Shown here: one piece after another, positions 52,777-62,815 of the stretch
Layout of the letters: every line of letters starts with the position of its first letter
Numbering within the stretch: position 1 is the first letter of the stretch
Assembly: GCA_965209155.1 (NCBI GenBank)
Contig: OZ242383.1
Coordinates: 288,001 to 352,000 of the forward strand
Length of the DNA: 64,000 bases
Origin: a bacterium
Lineage (GTDB): Bacteria > SAR324 > NAC60-12
Direction of reading: 5' to 3'
Program-made: the position numbers and the translations under genes
Notes under the pieces: model-generated
Told to the model about the DNA's origin: nothing
The model's input: the letters and a program-made list of their open reading frames with translations, nothing else
Database searches by the model: none

Positions 52777-52901
52777 ATATTGTATAATCCTCTCGGGACT
52801 CAAACGAGTCATGGCACCCAGCAAGCCAATATCAAATAAAAAGAGTTTAAAATGATTTTCAGAAGCTCCCGCTAATAAGGGGATGGCAGGGTGTCCATTG
52901 A
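52777..52901 (-). pseudogene. 125-bp duplicate of an internal piece of the AAA/DUF4143 gene
   Basis: Matches 11187-11311. Confidence 0.9.
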
Positions 52902-53417
52902 ACAGAACCCTTTCAAGCAGACATCAGCCACGAAGAGAACTGCCTCGCTATGGTCAAGAGAGTTGAAGAAAAATTTCGAAAAAAGTTGTCGAAGTCCAGC
53001 CCTTCTTATAAAAATACCTCTATCAGGTTGGCCAAATTTAAAATAGAACAAGTCATTTGAGCTGCTCGTTCAAAGCTTCTTCAGGGGTATCGCCAAAAGA
53101 GGACATGAAAACGATCGGTCCTCTCCGGGATGCTTTTTAATGATATTTAACTGAACGGGTTTTTCAGAGACCCGAATAGTTACAAATCAATAATTTAATA
53201 ATTATGATGTGTCATGCCGGTCCCGGGTCTTCGCCCGAAATGACACGTTTTTTAACTCCCGATTCAAGTAATCACCATGAAACTGTATGGATCCTTAATT
53301 CTGTCAGCAATTACATTTGAATGACAGGTGCTTGTTTTTTTCAACAGCAATCGTAAACTGAAAGATGATTGAAGGGCTTCTGCCATTGCATCTTCCCATA
53401 AAATAAGTCGATCGAGA

Positions 53418-55853
53418 ATGTTCACTATATTCAAGCTGCTGACAAGACTTATTAAATGGATGGCGATCATCACTTGCCTTATTGCCACATGCCTCGCAGT
53501 TTCCGGAGTGTTTTTTCTGTACCAATTAAATAAAGAGTTGCCAGACGATTTGAGGGAGTTTCACCAGCCTGAAGACGCGCATCCCATTATCATTTATGAC
53601 CGAAACGGCACGCGGATTGAAGAAATTTTTATACACCGGCAAATAATCATTCCTTTCGAAAAATTCCCCACCTACTTGATCCAGGCTTTACTTGCCAGTG
53701 AAGACAATCGCTTCTTTTCCCACTATGGAATCGATCCTTCGTCCATTTTGAAAGCATTATGGAGCAAAATTGATGCAATGCCATCTATCAAAGATTCGAG
53801 TACCCTGACTCAGAAAACTGCGCGACTTTTCTTGTGGCGTAAGGATGGAAAGCTGATAAGCAAATTCAAGGAAATCTTGCTCGCGTTGCAAATTGAGCGC
53901 CAATTCTCCAAGGAAGCCATTATCGCCTTGTATTTGAACAGGGTTTTTTTAGGTACCGCGGAGGGAGTAGAATCTGCCGCTCGAGTATATTTTGGTAAAC
54001 ATGCGGAAGAGTTGAACCTGTCGGAATGCGCATTGTTGGTGGGACTGCTGTCTCCGCCTTTGCGTAACGTGCCTACGGTAAATTCGACCCTGGTAAAGAA
54101 GCGCAGAGATTTTGTATTGGAACGCATGTTCGAAAATGGGTTTATCTCAATCGATGAACGCGAATCGGCGAGAAAAGAACCAATCCAATTCAGCAAAAAT
54201 TATGATAGCGTTTCTGTTGCCACTGCTTATTACGTCGAGCACATTCGCAAAAACCTGTTGCAACGTTACGGCCCTGCAATCATGAATAAAGGAGGTCTTC
54301 GGGTTCATTCTGCCATGGATTTGGAATATCAGATTTATGCGTATGAGGCTTTGCAAAAAGGCATTTTGGAGTTGAGCAGACGTCAGGGATTTCGAGGACC
54401 TTCAGAACGCATAAAAATGAATTTGCAAGGGCAACTCCCCCCTTGGGAAATTCATCGTGTGACTCACAAGAATAAAATGATTCTGGGAGGTATTATTCAG
54501 GGAGTGGTCAGCCGGGTTTCTAAAGAAAAAACCAAGGTGAGTTTGGGTTCTGTCGACGGCTACCTGGATTGGGCCAATCTCAAAAAATGGAAAGTTGCCA
54601 AATTAGCGCAAAATAGCATGGATCTCCCTTCCCCTGACTCACTTCCTCGAGGAGACGGGCAAGGAAGAAAAGTGGTTTCTATTAAAAATCCCTCCCAAAT
54701 TCTGCAGGAAGGCGATGTCATCCACGTGAAATTGGAAGACTGGGATCCGGCAAATGAAGAATTTCGTCTGACCCTTCATCAGGAGCCCTTGGTCAATGGC
54801 GCAATCTTCTCCATGGATCCACGAACTGGGGAGGTTTTGGCTATGTCGGGAGGGTATCATTACGATCCAAGAGGAGTCAATCGTGCCATTGAGGTAGAGC
54901 ACCAGGCCGGTTCCGTTTTCAAACCCTTTGTTTATGCTTCCGCATTGGATTCCGGATATACCCTGGCCAGTCTCCTCGTAGACAGTCCTCGACATTATCA
55001 TGGAGAATCGGATACCAGGCAGGAGGAATCCTGGACTGCTGATAATTTTGGAAACAAATTGATGGGAAACGTTTCTTTGCGAACTGCATTGGTAAATAGT
55101 CTGAATCCTCCCACTATTGGTTTGGTGGAGGATCTCAAACCCGGACGAATCATTAACTATGCCAAGAAGTTCGGAATATCTTCTGAAATGAAGAACAGCT
55201 TGTCAATTGGTTTGGGATCTTTTTCGACAACTCTTGAGGAAATCGTCACGGCATTCAGTGTTTTTGCCAATGAAGGGACACTTTCGAACCCAATTTATAT
55301 CAGGCGCATAGAAGATCTCAACGGTTTGGTGTTGGAAGAAAAATTTCCTCAAAACAATCCGGTGATTTCAAAGGCAACTGCTTATTTGATTCTCGATGTC
55401 ATGCGTGATGTGGTGCAAGACGATACTGGAAGAATCACGCGATATTCAGAACGTCCATCCGCGGGAATTTCAGGAAAAACATTCAATAGCGTCGACGCGT
55501 GGTATATAGGCTTTATTCCACAACTGATCACTGGTGTCAACGTGGGATTTGATCAGGCAGTTCCTATGGAAAAAGGGGAAACCAGTGCGAAGTCAGCAGC
55601 TCCGATTTGGGTCAATTATATGAAATCGGCCTCACGAGATCTGCCACCCCAACGCTTTGTCCGGCCTCCTCAAATTGTTTCCGTGAAAATTCACAAATCC
55701 GGTCGTCGTTCCAGTCCTTGCGATCCGGGTGAGGAGAATTACTATGAAAAATTCAAACGAGGTACCGAGCCGTTGATGGATTCCACCTTGGTTCAGCAAT
55801 GCAACTTACAACAAAAAACACCGGCATTTCAAAAAAACGATCTGGAATTGTAA
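53418..55853 (+). CDS. Class A penicillin-binding protein (PBP1A-like)
   Basis: N-terminal TM, EDNRFFSHYGID, GSVFKP (SxxK), SLN, DAWYIGF. Confidence 0.9.
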   Translation: MFTIFKLLTRLIKWMAIITCLIATCLAVSGVFFLYQLNKELPDDLREFHQPEDAHPIIIYDRNGTRIEEIFIHRQIIIPFEKFPTYLIQALLASEDNRFFSHYGIDPSSILKALWSKIDAMPSIKDSSTLTQKTARLFLWRKDGKLISKFKEILLALQIERQFSKEAIIALYLNRVFLGTAEGVESAARVYFGKHAEELNLSECALLVGLLSPPLRNVPTVNSTLVKKRRDFVLERMFENGFISIDERESARKEPIQFSKNYDSVSVATAYYVEHIRKNLLQRYGPAIMNKGGLRVHSAMDLEYQIYAYEALQKGILELSRRQGFRGPSERIKMNLQGQLPPWEIHRVTHKNKMILGGIIQGVVSRVSKEKTKVSLGSVDGYLDWANLKKWKVAKLAQNSMDLPSPDSLPRGDGQGRKVVSIKNPSQILQEGDVIHVKLEDWDPANEEFRLTLHQEPLVNGAIFSMDPRTGEVLAMSGGYHYDPRGVNRAIEVEHQAGSVFKPFVYASALDSGYTLASLLVDSPRHYHGESDTRQEESWTADNFGNKLMGNVSLRTALVNSLNPPTIGLVEDLKPGRIINYAKKFGISSEMKNSLSIGLGSFSTTLEEIVTAFSVFANEGTLSNPIYIRRIEDLNGLVLEEKFPQNNPVISKATAYLILDVMRDVVQDDTGRITRYSERPSAGISGKTFNSVDAWYIGFIPQLITGVNVGFDQAVPMEKGETSAKSAAPIWVNYMKSASRDLPPQRFVRPPQIVSVKIHKSGRRSSPCDPGEENYYEKFKRGTEPLMDSTLVQQCNLQQKTPAFQKNDLEL

Positions 55854-55918
55854 ACTCCTGCTGGTACGATTGTCGAAAAATGTCGGAAAGAAGGGAAATG
55901 AACAGATGCGGGGAAAAA

Positions 55919-57031
55919 TTATTGCCCCCCTCCACGGATGTATTCAATTTTATTTCGACGTACATAGCTAACGGGGCGGATGGTGACATTTTTAATCACC
56001 TCGGCTGATTCGAAGAAGGTCATTTGAAAAGGTACCACCTGATTCTTATTCAGCTTGAAATTGGCACTTTCGCGTCCGCTGTTGTAAGTATAAAAATTTT
56101 TGATCTTTTCCAAACTCCAGGAAGAAATTTCTTGCTCGGTGGCCACATTGCCCGCATAAACAACAGCAGTTTCGATAATCTCTCGATTTTCGTCGAATGC
56201 CAACCCCTTGAGTTGAATCCAACTCACTTGATCGGAAGTGGGTAAGAGATTTTGCAGTTTCCCTTCCACTACAAAAAGGGTTTGACGGTTGGAAATATTT
56301 TCCACCTGCTTGCTGTCCAACTCTCCCACAAAATGGACAGGAAATTCAGCAGGATTGAAAAAATAGTCGAGTAAGAATGGTTCTTTCAATAACAAATAGA
56401 TACTTGCCCCCAAGAGTGTTGCGAATGCTACCATCAAGGTCATCAAGGCAACGGTTTTTCTTCCCCAATCGATTCCCTGAGGTTTGACGGTTTCCTCCAC
56501 CACTGACAAAGGACTTTCCGGCACTTTAAAAGAAAAATCGTGAGACTGTTCGGAAGATGTATTCGTCGATGCGGAATTCCCGGAAATACGGGTTGGTACG
56601 GATACCGAAACGGCAGGAGTCACCGATGGCGAACCCTGCAACGAATTGGAATCCGCCTTTGTGAATGAAAAACTCCCGGAATTTTCTTTGTCTTTACGAA
56701 AAAGCGAGTCAGCTTCCTCGTCGGAAAATTCTTGATGTACAGAATGCGAATGGCCTTCAAGCGAGCCATTCGTTTCTCCTTTTTCTTGCCGGGTGACTTC
56801 CAAACAAGCTTTCTCCGCATCTGCAAGAATGGTGGACGTCCTTTGAAATTCCTCGAATGCAGCAGAATCTTGTGGAGATTGAACAGGAAATTCTTCAATT
56901 CTAAAAATTGCATTACATTTGGTGCATTTGACTTTTGAAACTTTTTCAGAAAACCGTGATTGATGAACTCGGTATTTTGTACCACAGTTGTCACATTGAA
57001 TCGAAATTTTTGTCTCCGGACCAGAATTCAT
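55919..57031 (-). CDS. MJ0042-type zinc-ribbon / DUF3426-like membrane protein
   Basis: CDNCGTKY...VKCTKCNAIF, linker, single TM, LFVVEG domain. Confidence 0.8.
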   Translation of the reverse strand: MNSGPETKISIQCDNCGTKYRVHQSRFSEKVSKVKCTKCNAIFRIEEFPVQSPQDSAAFEEFQRTSTILADAEKACLEVTRQEKGETNGSLEGHSHSVHQEFSDEEADSLFRKDKENSGSFSFTKADSNSLQGSPSVTPAVSVSVPTRISGNSASTNTSSEQSHDFSFKVPESPLSVVEETVKPQGIDWGRKTVALMTLMVAFATLLGASIYLLLKEPFLLDYFFNPAEFPVHFVGELDSKQVENISNRQTLFVVEGKLQNLLPTSDQVSWIQLKGLAFDENREIIETAVVYAGNVATEQEISSWSLEKIKNFYTYNSGRESANFKLNKNQVVPFQMTFFESAEVIKNVTIRPVSYVRRNKIEYIRGGGQ

Positions 57032-57198
57032 ATCAATAATTTTTATTCACGTGAATCAGGAGTTAAAAATCGTGTCGTTCCTGTCCCGGATCAAGTCCGG
57101 GATGACCAGGAATCCAGGGGTTACGGGCGATATTTTGGATGCCGGATCATCCTGGTCCCCGCATGATATATCATAATTATTAAATTATTGATTTTATA

Positions 57199-57765
57199 AG
57201 TCATCACCACCGGCAGAGCCGGTGGCTTGAAGAGGCCCCCAGTATGAGGGCAAAACGTGTTCGTCATCGTAAGACGTGCTCGTGCTCGTGAACGAAAAAG
57301 GCTGCCATGTTAGATCATGAAAAACTCGATGTCTACCAATGTTCCATCGAATTTTTAGCGTTATCTGTCCAAGTCATCGAAACATTGCCAAAAGGATACT
57401 CAGCCTTAGTTGACCAACTGAAAAGGGCCTCATGGTCGATTCCTCTCAATATCGCAGAAGGCTGTGGAAACAATTCCTTTCCTGACTAGCAACGATTCTA
57501 TGCATTTGCCCGAGGTTCCGCAATGGAATGCGCTGCTATTCTCGATGTTTTAAACGTGTTGAAGATCATCCAGCCTCCTTTATTTGACGAAGGGAAACAG
57601 GTACTTCATCGCATTGTTTCTATGTTAACCAAAATGTGCCGTCAAATTCACTGACCGTTCACGAGCACGAGCACGGCTAACGGACACGGATACGTTTCTC
57701 ATGTCTGACCGGCAAAGCCTATTAGGTTCGCACCAGCAGAGCTGGTGGTTTAATGAGATTAATTA
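57199..57765. mobile_element. IS200-like shell with four-helix-bundle cassette, copy 2
   Basis: 567 bp, near-identical to 44203-44769. Confidence 0.8.
57307..57654 (+). pseudogene. Four-helix-bundle gene with nonsense mutation
   Basis: AAG>TAG at 57487-57489; the rest is colinear with 44311-44658. Confidence 0.88.
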
Positions 57766-58095
57766 AATTTCAACTCCTGATTCGCATATTATTCATTGGA
57801 GTTCAAAAGGGTGACAAGAATTTCCAAAATAGTAACACAATTCAGAGAGATTTTAAAACGGGTTTGCGATTCAATCACTGCATTTCCGTTTTTTTTTAAA
57901 TTGGTTTTTCAGTGTGGATTTTTTCTGAATTTGATGATAGACTGTTGAGCTTTTCAAAAACTTATCAAACGAGTGCGTGGATCTGAAAAATTTTTACTCC
58001 ATTCCCATAAAAGATCCATTAGCCAAAGTGGGCTGAATAAGGTAGATACTCGATGGGAATTATGTACGGATACGCGTCCGACGATTAATTTATAC

Positions 58096-58256
58096 GAGCA
58101 GTAACGGAGTTTTTGTTCTCATGATATCCAAGAGTTGATCTCTATGGATGTTTCTTCCCGGTGCGGGATGATCCAGGATCCGGAAAACGAGGATGGAAGG
58201 AATGGATTCCGGATCGGGGGCCGGAATGACAAAGGAGAAAAACTCCGCTACCCCTC
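58096..58256. mobile_element. MITE containing a REP hairpin
   Basis: TIR GAGCAGTAACGGAGTTTTT / AAAAACTCCGCTACCCCTC; flanks ATTTATAC / ATTGATAC. Confidence 0.6.
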
Positions 58257-58289
58257 ATTGATACGACCATTTGAATCGAGTCGGAGTTT

Positions 58290-58604
58290 ATGTTTCAATT
58301 GATACCAGATGCATTGGCCCAAAGCGCTATGGGGTCACTTACGGAGAGTCCCCTGTTTGGGATGATTCCATTTGTACTGATTTTTGTTGTTTTTTATTTC
58401 TTGCTGATTCGTCCTCAGCAAAAAAAGCAAAAAGCGCTGCAACAAATGATTAAAAATCTGGAAAAGGGGGACAAAGTGGTCACCAATGGGGGAATCCATG
58501 GTACCATATTCAAACTGGGTGATTCGGTGCTCACTTTGGAGATTGCAGAAAAGGTTCGTATTCAATTGGACCGTCAGCAGGTGGCTCGAGTCATGGAGAA
58601 ATAG
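58290..58604 (+). CDS. yajC: Preprotein translocase subunit YajC
   Basis: FYFLLIRPQQKKQK, GDKVVTNGGIHG. Confidence 0.95.
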   Translation: MFQLIPDALAQSAMGSLTESPLFGMIPFVLIFVVFYFLLIRPQQKKQKALQQMIKNLEKGDKVVTNGGIHGTIFKLGDSVLTLEIAEKVRIQLDRQQVARVMEK

Positions 58605-58671
58605 AACGAGGCACGTCATCGCTTCTTTGACGTCTTCCAATCAAATTCCAACCCTCAACTCAATGCAGTTT

Positions 58672-60243
58672 ATGGATTTACGTTTAAAGGGTTTCTTGAT
58701 TTTTGCAGTTCTGGCAATCAGCGTTTACTATTGTTTCCCTACTTACATGGCTTACCGTGAGGGGGGCAATCCACAGGAAGTGCAGAAAAAAGTCAATCTC
58801 GGTTTAGATCTTCAAGGCGGGATGTATCTGGATATCGAAGTGATCGTCGATGAAGCGGTCACGGCCGTGTTGCGGAGGACTGCTCAGGAATTGGAAGATC
58901 TTTTCATAGACAATCAAGTGGATTATCTCAATATTGAAGTGATCGCCCAAAACCAACTTGCTGTCGAATTGGCAACGGACGAGGTGGTAGATTTGGAAGA
59001 TTCACCTTATGCGCGTTTTTTAATTCAATTCGATTTGGAACAAACTGCGGATCAACAAATTTTAACCTTGCGAACCGAAGAAGCGGATCGCATCAAAAGG
59101 GGAGCCATAGAACAGGCATTGGAAGTAATGAGGAACCGTATCGACCAATTCGGAGTCACGGAACCCACTATCCAAATTCGGGGAGAAAACAGTATCTTGA
59201 TTCAGTTACCAGGCTTGACGGATCGAGAACGAGCCATTGACCTGATTGGAACGACAGCAGTTCTTCAATTTTACCTGGTGGAAGATTACGCCACCGAAAA
59301 TAATTACAACTCCCAAACCTCTACTGTAAAATACGAAGAAGAGGTCGATCCCGCAACCAATGAAGTACTCAGGATCATCCCCTACGTTCTGGAAAAGAAA
59401 CCGGTGCTCACAGGTGAATTTATTCGCGATGCCCAGGTTCGATTTGATCCAAATGACAACCAACCCTACGTCAGCCTTTCCTTTGATTCCGTAGGGGCGG
59501 ATCGGTTTGCCAAAATAACCCAGAAAAATCGAGGACGACGATTGGCAATCGTTCTGGATGGTAAAGTTCAGTCGGCGCCGGTTATCCGGGAAGCTATCAC
59601 CGGGGGAGAAGCATCCATTTCCGGTTTGTTCACGATCGACGAAGCCAGCAACCTGGCTTTGGTCCTGCGCTCGGGAGCATTGCCAGCCCCTATCGAAATA
59701 CGCGAAGAACGTACAGTGGGAGCAAGTCTCGGGGAGGATTCGGTTCGACAAGGGTTGATTTCCTTACTGATCGGAGGGGTCCTCGTTTTGATATTCATGA
59801 TGATCTATTATCAAGTCGCCGGTGCGTTTGCCAATGCAGCGCTCATCTTCAATATTATTCTGGTGATTTCCGTTCTGGCAGGATTTGAAGCCACTTTGAC
59901 ACTTCCGGGAATGGCAGGAATGGTCTTGACTCTGGGAATGGCGGTGGACGCCAATGTATTGATTTTTGAACGGGTTCGTGAGGAACTGAATCGTTCCGGA
60001 CACCCCCGCGCTGCAATAAATGAAGGATTCAGTAAGGCCTTTTTAACAATTGTAGATGCCAATATAACGACATTATTCGGGGCTTTGGCTCTACTACAAT
60101 TTGGTAGAGGTCCTATCAAGGGTTTTGCAGTCACTCTTTCGATCGGGATTGTGGCAAGTATGTTCACGGCGATTGTGGTTACCCGCTTCCTGTTTCAAGT
60201 GGTATATTTAAACCGCAAGCAATTGAAAAGCATTAGTATTTAG
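58672..60243 (+). CDS. secD: Protein translocase subunit SecD
   Basis: LGLDLQGG, NRIDQFGVTEP, LRSGALPAP, GMAVDANVLIFER. Confidence 0.97.
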   Translation: MDLRLKGFLIFAVLAISVYYCFPTYMAYREGGNPQEVQKKVNLGLDLQGGMYLDIEVIVDEAVTAVLRRTAQELEDLFIDNQVDYLNIEVIAQNQLAVELATDEVVDLEDSPYARFLIQFDLEQTADQQILTLRTEEADRIKRGAIEQALEVMRNRIDQFGVTEPTIQIRGENSILIQLPGLTDRERAIDLIGTTAVLQFYLVEDYATENNYNSQTSTVKYEEEVDPATNEVLRIIPYVLEKKPVLTGEFIRDAQVRFDPNDNQPYVSLSFDSVGADRFAKITQKNRGRRLAIVLDGKVQSAPVIREAITGGEASISGLFTIDEASNLALVLRSGALPAPIEIREERTVGASLGEDSVRQGLISLLIGGVLVLIFMMIYYQVAGAFANAALIFNIILVISVLAGFEATLTLPGMAGMVLTLGMAVDANVLIFERVREELNRSGHPRAAINEGFSKAFLTIVDANITTLFGALALLQFGRGPIKGFAVTLSIGIVASMFTAIVVTRFLFQVVYLNRKQLKSISI

Positions 60244-60255
60244 CAAAGAGGATGA

Positions 60256-61167
60256 ATGCGAATTCTCAAGGAAGTGACTCATTTTGATTTTCTTGGAAAA
60301 AAGCTGTATGCGCTGATTGTTTCAGTAATACTCATTCTGATGGGGATTGTTTCCGTCATTTACCATCAGGGGCTCAACTATGGAATCGACTTCAAGGGAG
60401 GTTTTCAGGTCAGAATCAAGTTTGAGCAGACCATTGATTTGAATGAATTGCGCAGTCAGTTTGATCGTCTCGAGATGACTTCCACCAGTTTGCAGACCAT
60501 TGGTGATTCAAACGAAGTCAAACTCGTCTTACCTTTGGACAACCCTTTGGGAACCGGGTCCGAACTGACCGGCAATCTGAATGAGTTGTTGGCCAGTGAT
60601 TATCCGAACCTGGAGATCCGCAGTGTGGAAAGCGTGGGTCCTCAAGTGGGGGATGAATTGAAGATGAGCGCTCTTTACGCGATTTTGATTGCGCTGGGTT
60701 TGATTTTAATCTACATCACCATCCGCTTCCATTGGAAATTTGGAATCAGCGCGATCTTGACTTTGACGCACGACGTGTTGGTTGTGGTCGGTTTTCTTTC
60801 CGTATTCGACAAAGAATTCACGCTCCCTGTCGTTGCAGCACTGCTCACCGTGGTGGGATATTCCCTCAACGACACCATTGTCGTTTTTGACCGTATACGC
60901 GAAAACATGGCCCGCTTCCGAAAAAAAGCCCTGGAGGACGTGATCAACCTGAGCATCAATGAAATTCTAAGCCGTACGATTTTGACGTCAGGTACGACTC
61001 TATTTGTAGTATTGGCTTTGTTTTTTCTGGGAGGAGCAATCATTCATGATTTTGCCTTTGGAATACTGGTGGGCGTTCTGGTAGGGACGTATTCGTCCAT
61101 CTATGTGGCAAGCCCGCTCCTTTTGCAAATGAGTGTCAAACCCCCAGCTCCCAAAACCCAGAGCTGA
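60256..61167 (+). CDS. secF: Protein translocase subunit SecF
   Basis: GIDFKGG, GYSLNDTIVVFDRIREN, GTYSSIYVA. Confidence 0.97.
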   Translation: MRILKEVTHFDFLGKKLYALIVSVILILMGIVSVIYHQGLNYGIDFKGGFQVRIKFEQTIDLNELRSQFDRLEMTSTSLQTIGDSNEVKLVLPLDNPLGTGSELTGNLNELLASDYPNLEIRSVESVGPQVGDELKMSALYAILIALGLILIYITIRFHWKFGISAILTLTHDVLVVVGFLSVFDKEFTLPVVAALLTVVGYSLNDTIVVFDRIRENMARFRKKALEDVINLSINEILSRTILTSGTTLFVVLALFFLGGAIIHDFAFGILVGVLVGTYSSIYVASPLLLQMSVKPPAPKTQS

Positions 61168-61177
61168 TTGGAATTGG

Positions 61178-62023
61178 ATGTTTAGTAGAGTTGCCGTGAT
61201 TGGATTGGGGCTGATTGGCGGTTCCCTGGCATTGGATCTGAAACGTCTGAAACTGACCGATCATATTCTGGGATACGATGCCGATGAAGAGCGCGGTAAG
61301 CGGGTCGCAATGCAGGGATTGGCAGACGAAGTTTTTGACGATTGGAATGACGAACTCTTCAATGCGGAACTGCTGGTCCTTGCCGTTCCTGTAGGTCAGG
61401 TTCCGTCTGTAATCGAAAATTGCCACCAATGGTTGAATCCCCATGCAATCGTGACGGACGTGGGAAGCGTGAAAAAACCCATTCTTGCCACGATGCGAAA
61501 CTATCCCAGCATCAATTTTGTGGGAGGACATCCGATTGCCGGTTCAGAAAATTTTGGACCGGAAAACGCAAAAACGGGTTTATTTAAAGATAAAAAATTT
61601 ATTGTAACTCCAACAGGCGACACCTCTCCTCGGGCACTGGAAATTATTAAAAAATTATGGAATGCGGTAGGGTGTCAGGTGTACGAAATGGATGCGGAGT
61701 TGCACGACGATATTTTCGCATCCGTCAGTCATCTCCCCCATTTACTGGCTTATGCGACCATCGAAGCTATCGGGACAAGAAGTACTCCGGATATCCTTGA
61801 ATATTTTGGTGCAGGACTGAAAGATTTTTCTCGAATCGCATCGTCGAGTCCACGGATGTGGACTGATATATTTATCGAGAATCGAGATTATCTCCTGGCC
61901 AGTGTGGCACATACTCGTCAAATTATAGAGCAGATGGAAACGCTCGTACGTGAAAGGAATCACCAGGGTTTGATGGAATTGTTAATCCATTCGAAAAATT
62001 TAAGGGACAGCTGGATCAGTTGA
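61178..62023 (+). CDS. tyrA: Prephenate/arogenate dehydrogenase
   Basis: GLGLIGGS, TDVGSVK, GGHPIAGSE, SHLPH. Confidence 0.92.
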   Translation: MFSRVAVIGLGLIGGSLALDLKRLKLTDHILGYDADEERGKRVAMQGLADEVFDDWNDELFNAELLVLAVPVGQVPSVIENCHQWLNPHAIVTDVGSVKKPILATMRNYPSINFVGGHPIAGSENFGPENAKTGLFKDKKFIVTPTGDTSPRALEIIKKLWNAVGCQVYEMDAELHDDIFASVSHLPHLLAYATIEAIGTRSTPDILEYFGAGLKDFSRIASSSPRMWTDIFIENRDYLLASVAHTRQIIEQMETLVRERNHQGLMELLIHSKNLRDSWIS

Positions 62024-62067
62024 ACCTGCCTTTTCCACGTACGATGAAAATACCGTGGTCTGAGCGT

Positions 62068-62670
62068 TTATAATCCTTTGATTCTATTGTGGAAAAATTC
62101 AACTAAATCGGATTTGCTCCATGCCCTGGGGCCCAATGCCCGTCCCAAAATAGTCTTGTCACGGTCGATCAAGAAGGTGGCAGGCAGGTTCTGGATTCCA
62201 TAGAGTTGACTGATTTCCATTTCCGGATCGGCAATGATCGGGAAAGTGAATGGATGTTTTTTTAAGAATTTCTCAATTTTTTCCTTCCCTTCTCCCATAC
62301 TCACTGCCAGAATCACCATTCCTTCTTCCTTCAGTTTCTGGTAAAGATCTTCCAGGTCCGGCATTTCTTTCAGACAGGGAGAACACCAGGTTGCCCAGAA
62401 ATTGAGCAAAATGAACTGGTTTTCATACATGTATAACTCAGCGTGGGCGTGATTGATGGGAATTCCTTGAAAATTCTCGGCCTTGAGCACGATTCCAGGC
62501 AGTTCGACAAAGTGACTCCTCAGCAAATTTTGTTCGTCAACGCTGAGATTGAGGTCAGGGTGAGGTTTGGAATGGGATGAGTGATTGTGATCCCCATGAG
62601 CCTGAAAAAATATTCCTGTGATCTGGAATGCCAGGAGAAAACAAAAAATGCGGAATTTTGAATTTTTCAT
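62068..62670 (-). CDS. TlpA-family thiol-disulfide oxidoreductase
   Basis: NFWATWCSPCLKEMP; signal peptide. Confidence 0.9.
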   Translation of the reverse strand: MKNSKFRIFCFLLAFQITGIFFQAHGDHNHSSHSKPHPDLNLSVDEQNLLRSHFVELPGIVLKAENFQGIPINHAHAELYMYENQFILLNFWATWCSPCLKEMPDLEDLYQKLKEEGMVILAVSMGEGKEKIEKFLKKHPFTFPIIADPEMEISQLYGIQNLPATFLIDRDKTILGRALGPRAWSKSDLVEFFHNRIKGL

Positions 62671-62815
62671 GAGTTTTCCGATGTGCTGAAAATTGACAAA
62701 ACCTTCGTTCGTATTGTTTACTACAGTATGTCGCCTTCAAATGCAGTATATTGCAGAAATTTCAGTAGCGCAATTCCAGTACGAATTTCAACCTCCGGGA
62801 ATATCGATTCAGAGC

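Noticed and set aside
1..53250. Integron or prophage
   Set aside because: No tyrosine integrase, recognisable attC array or phage genes; cassettes lie in both orientations
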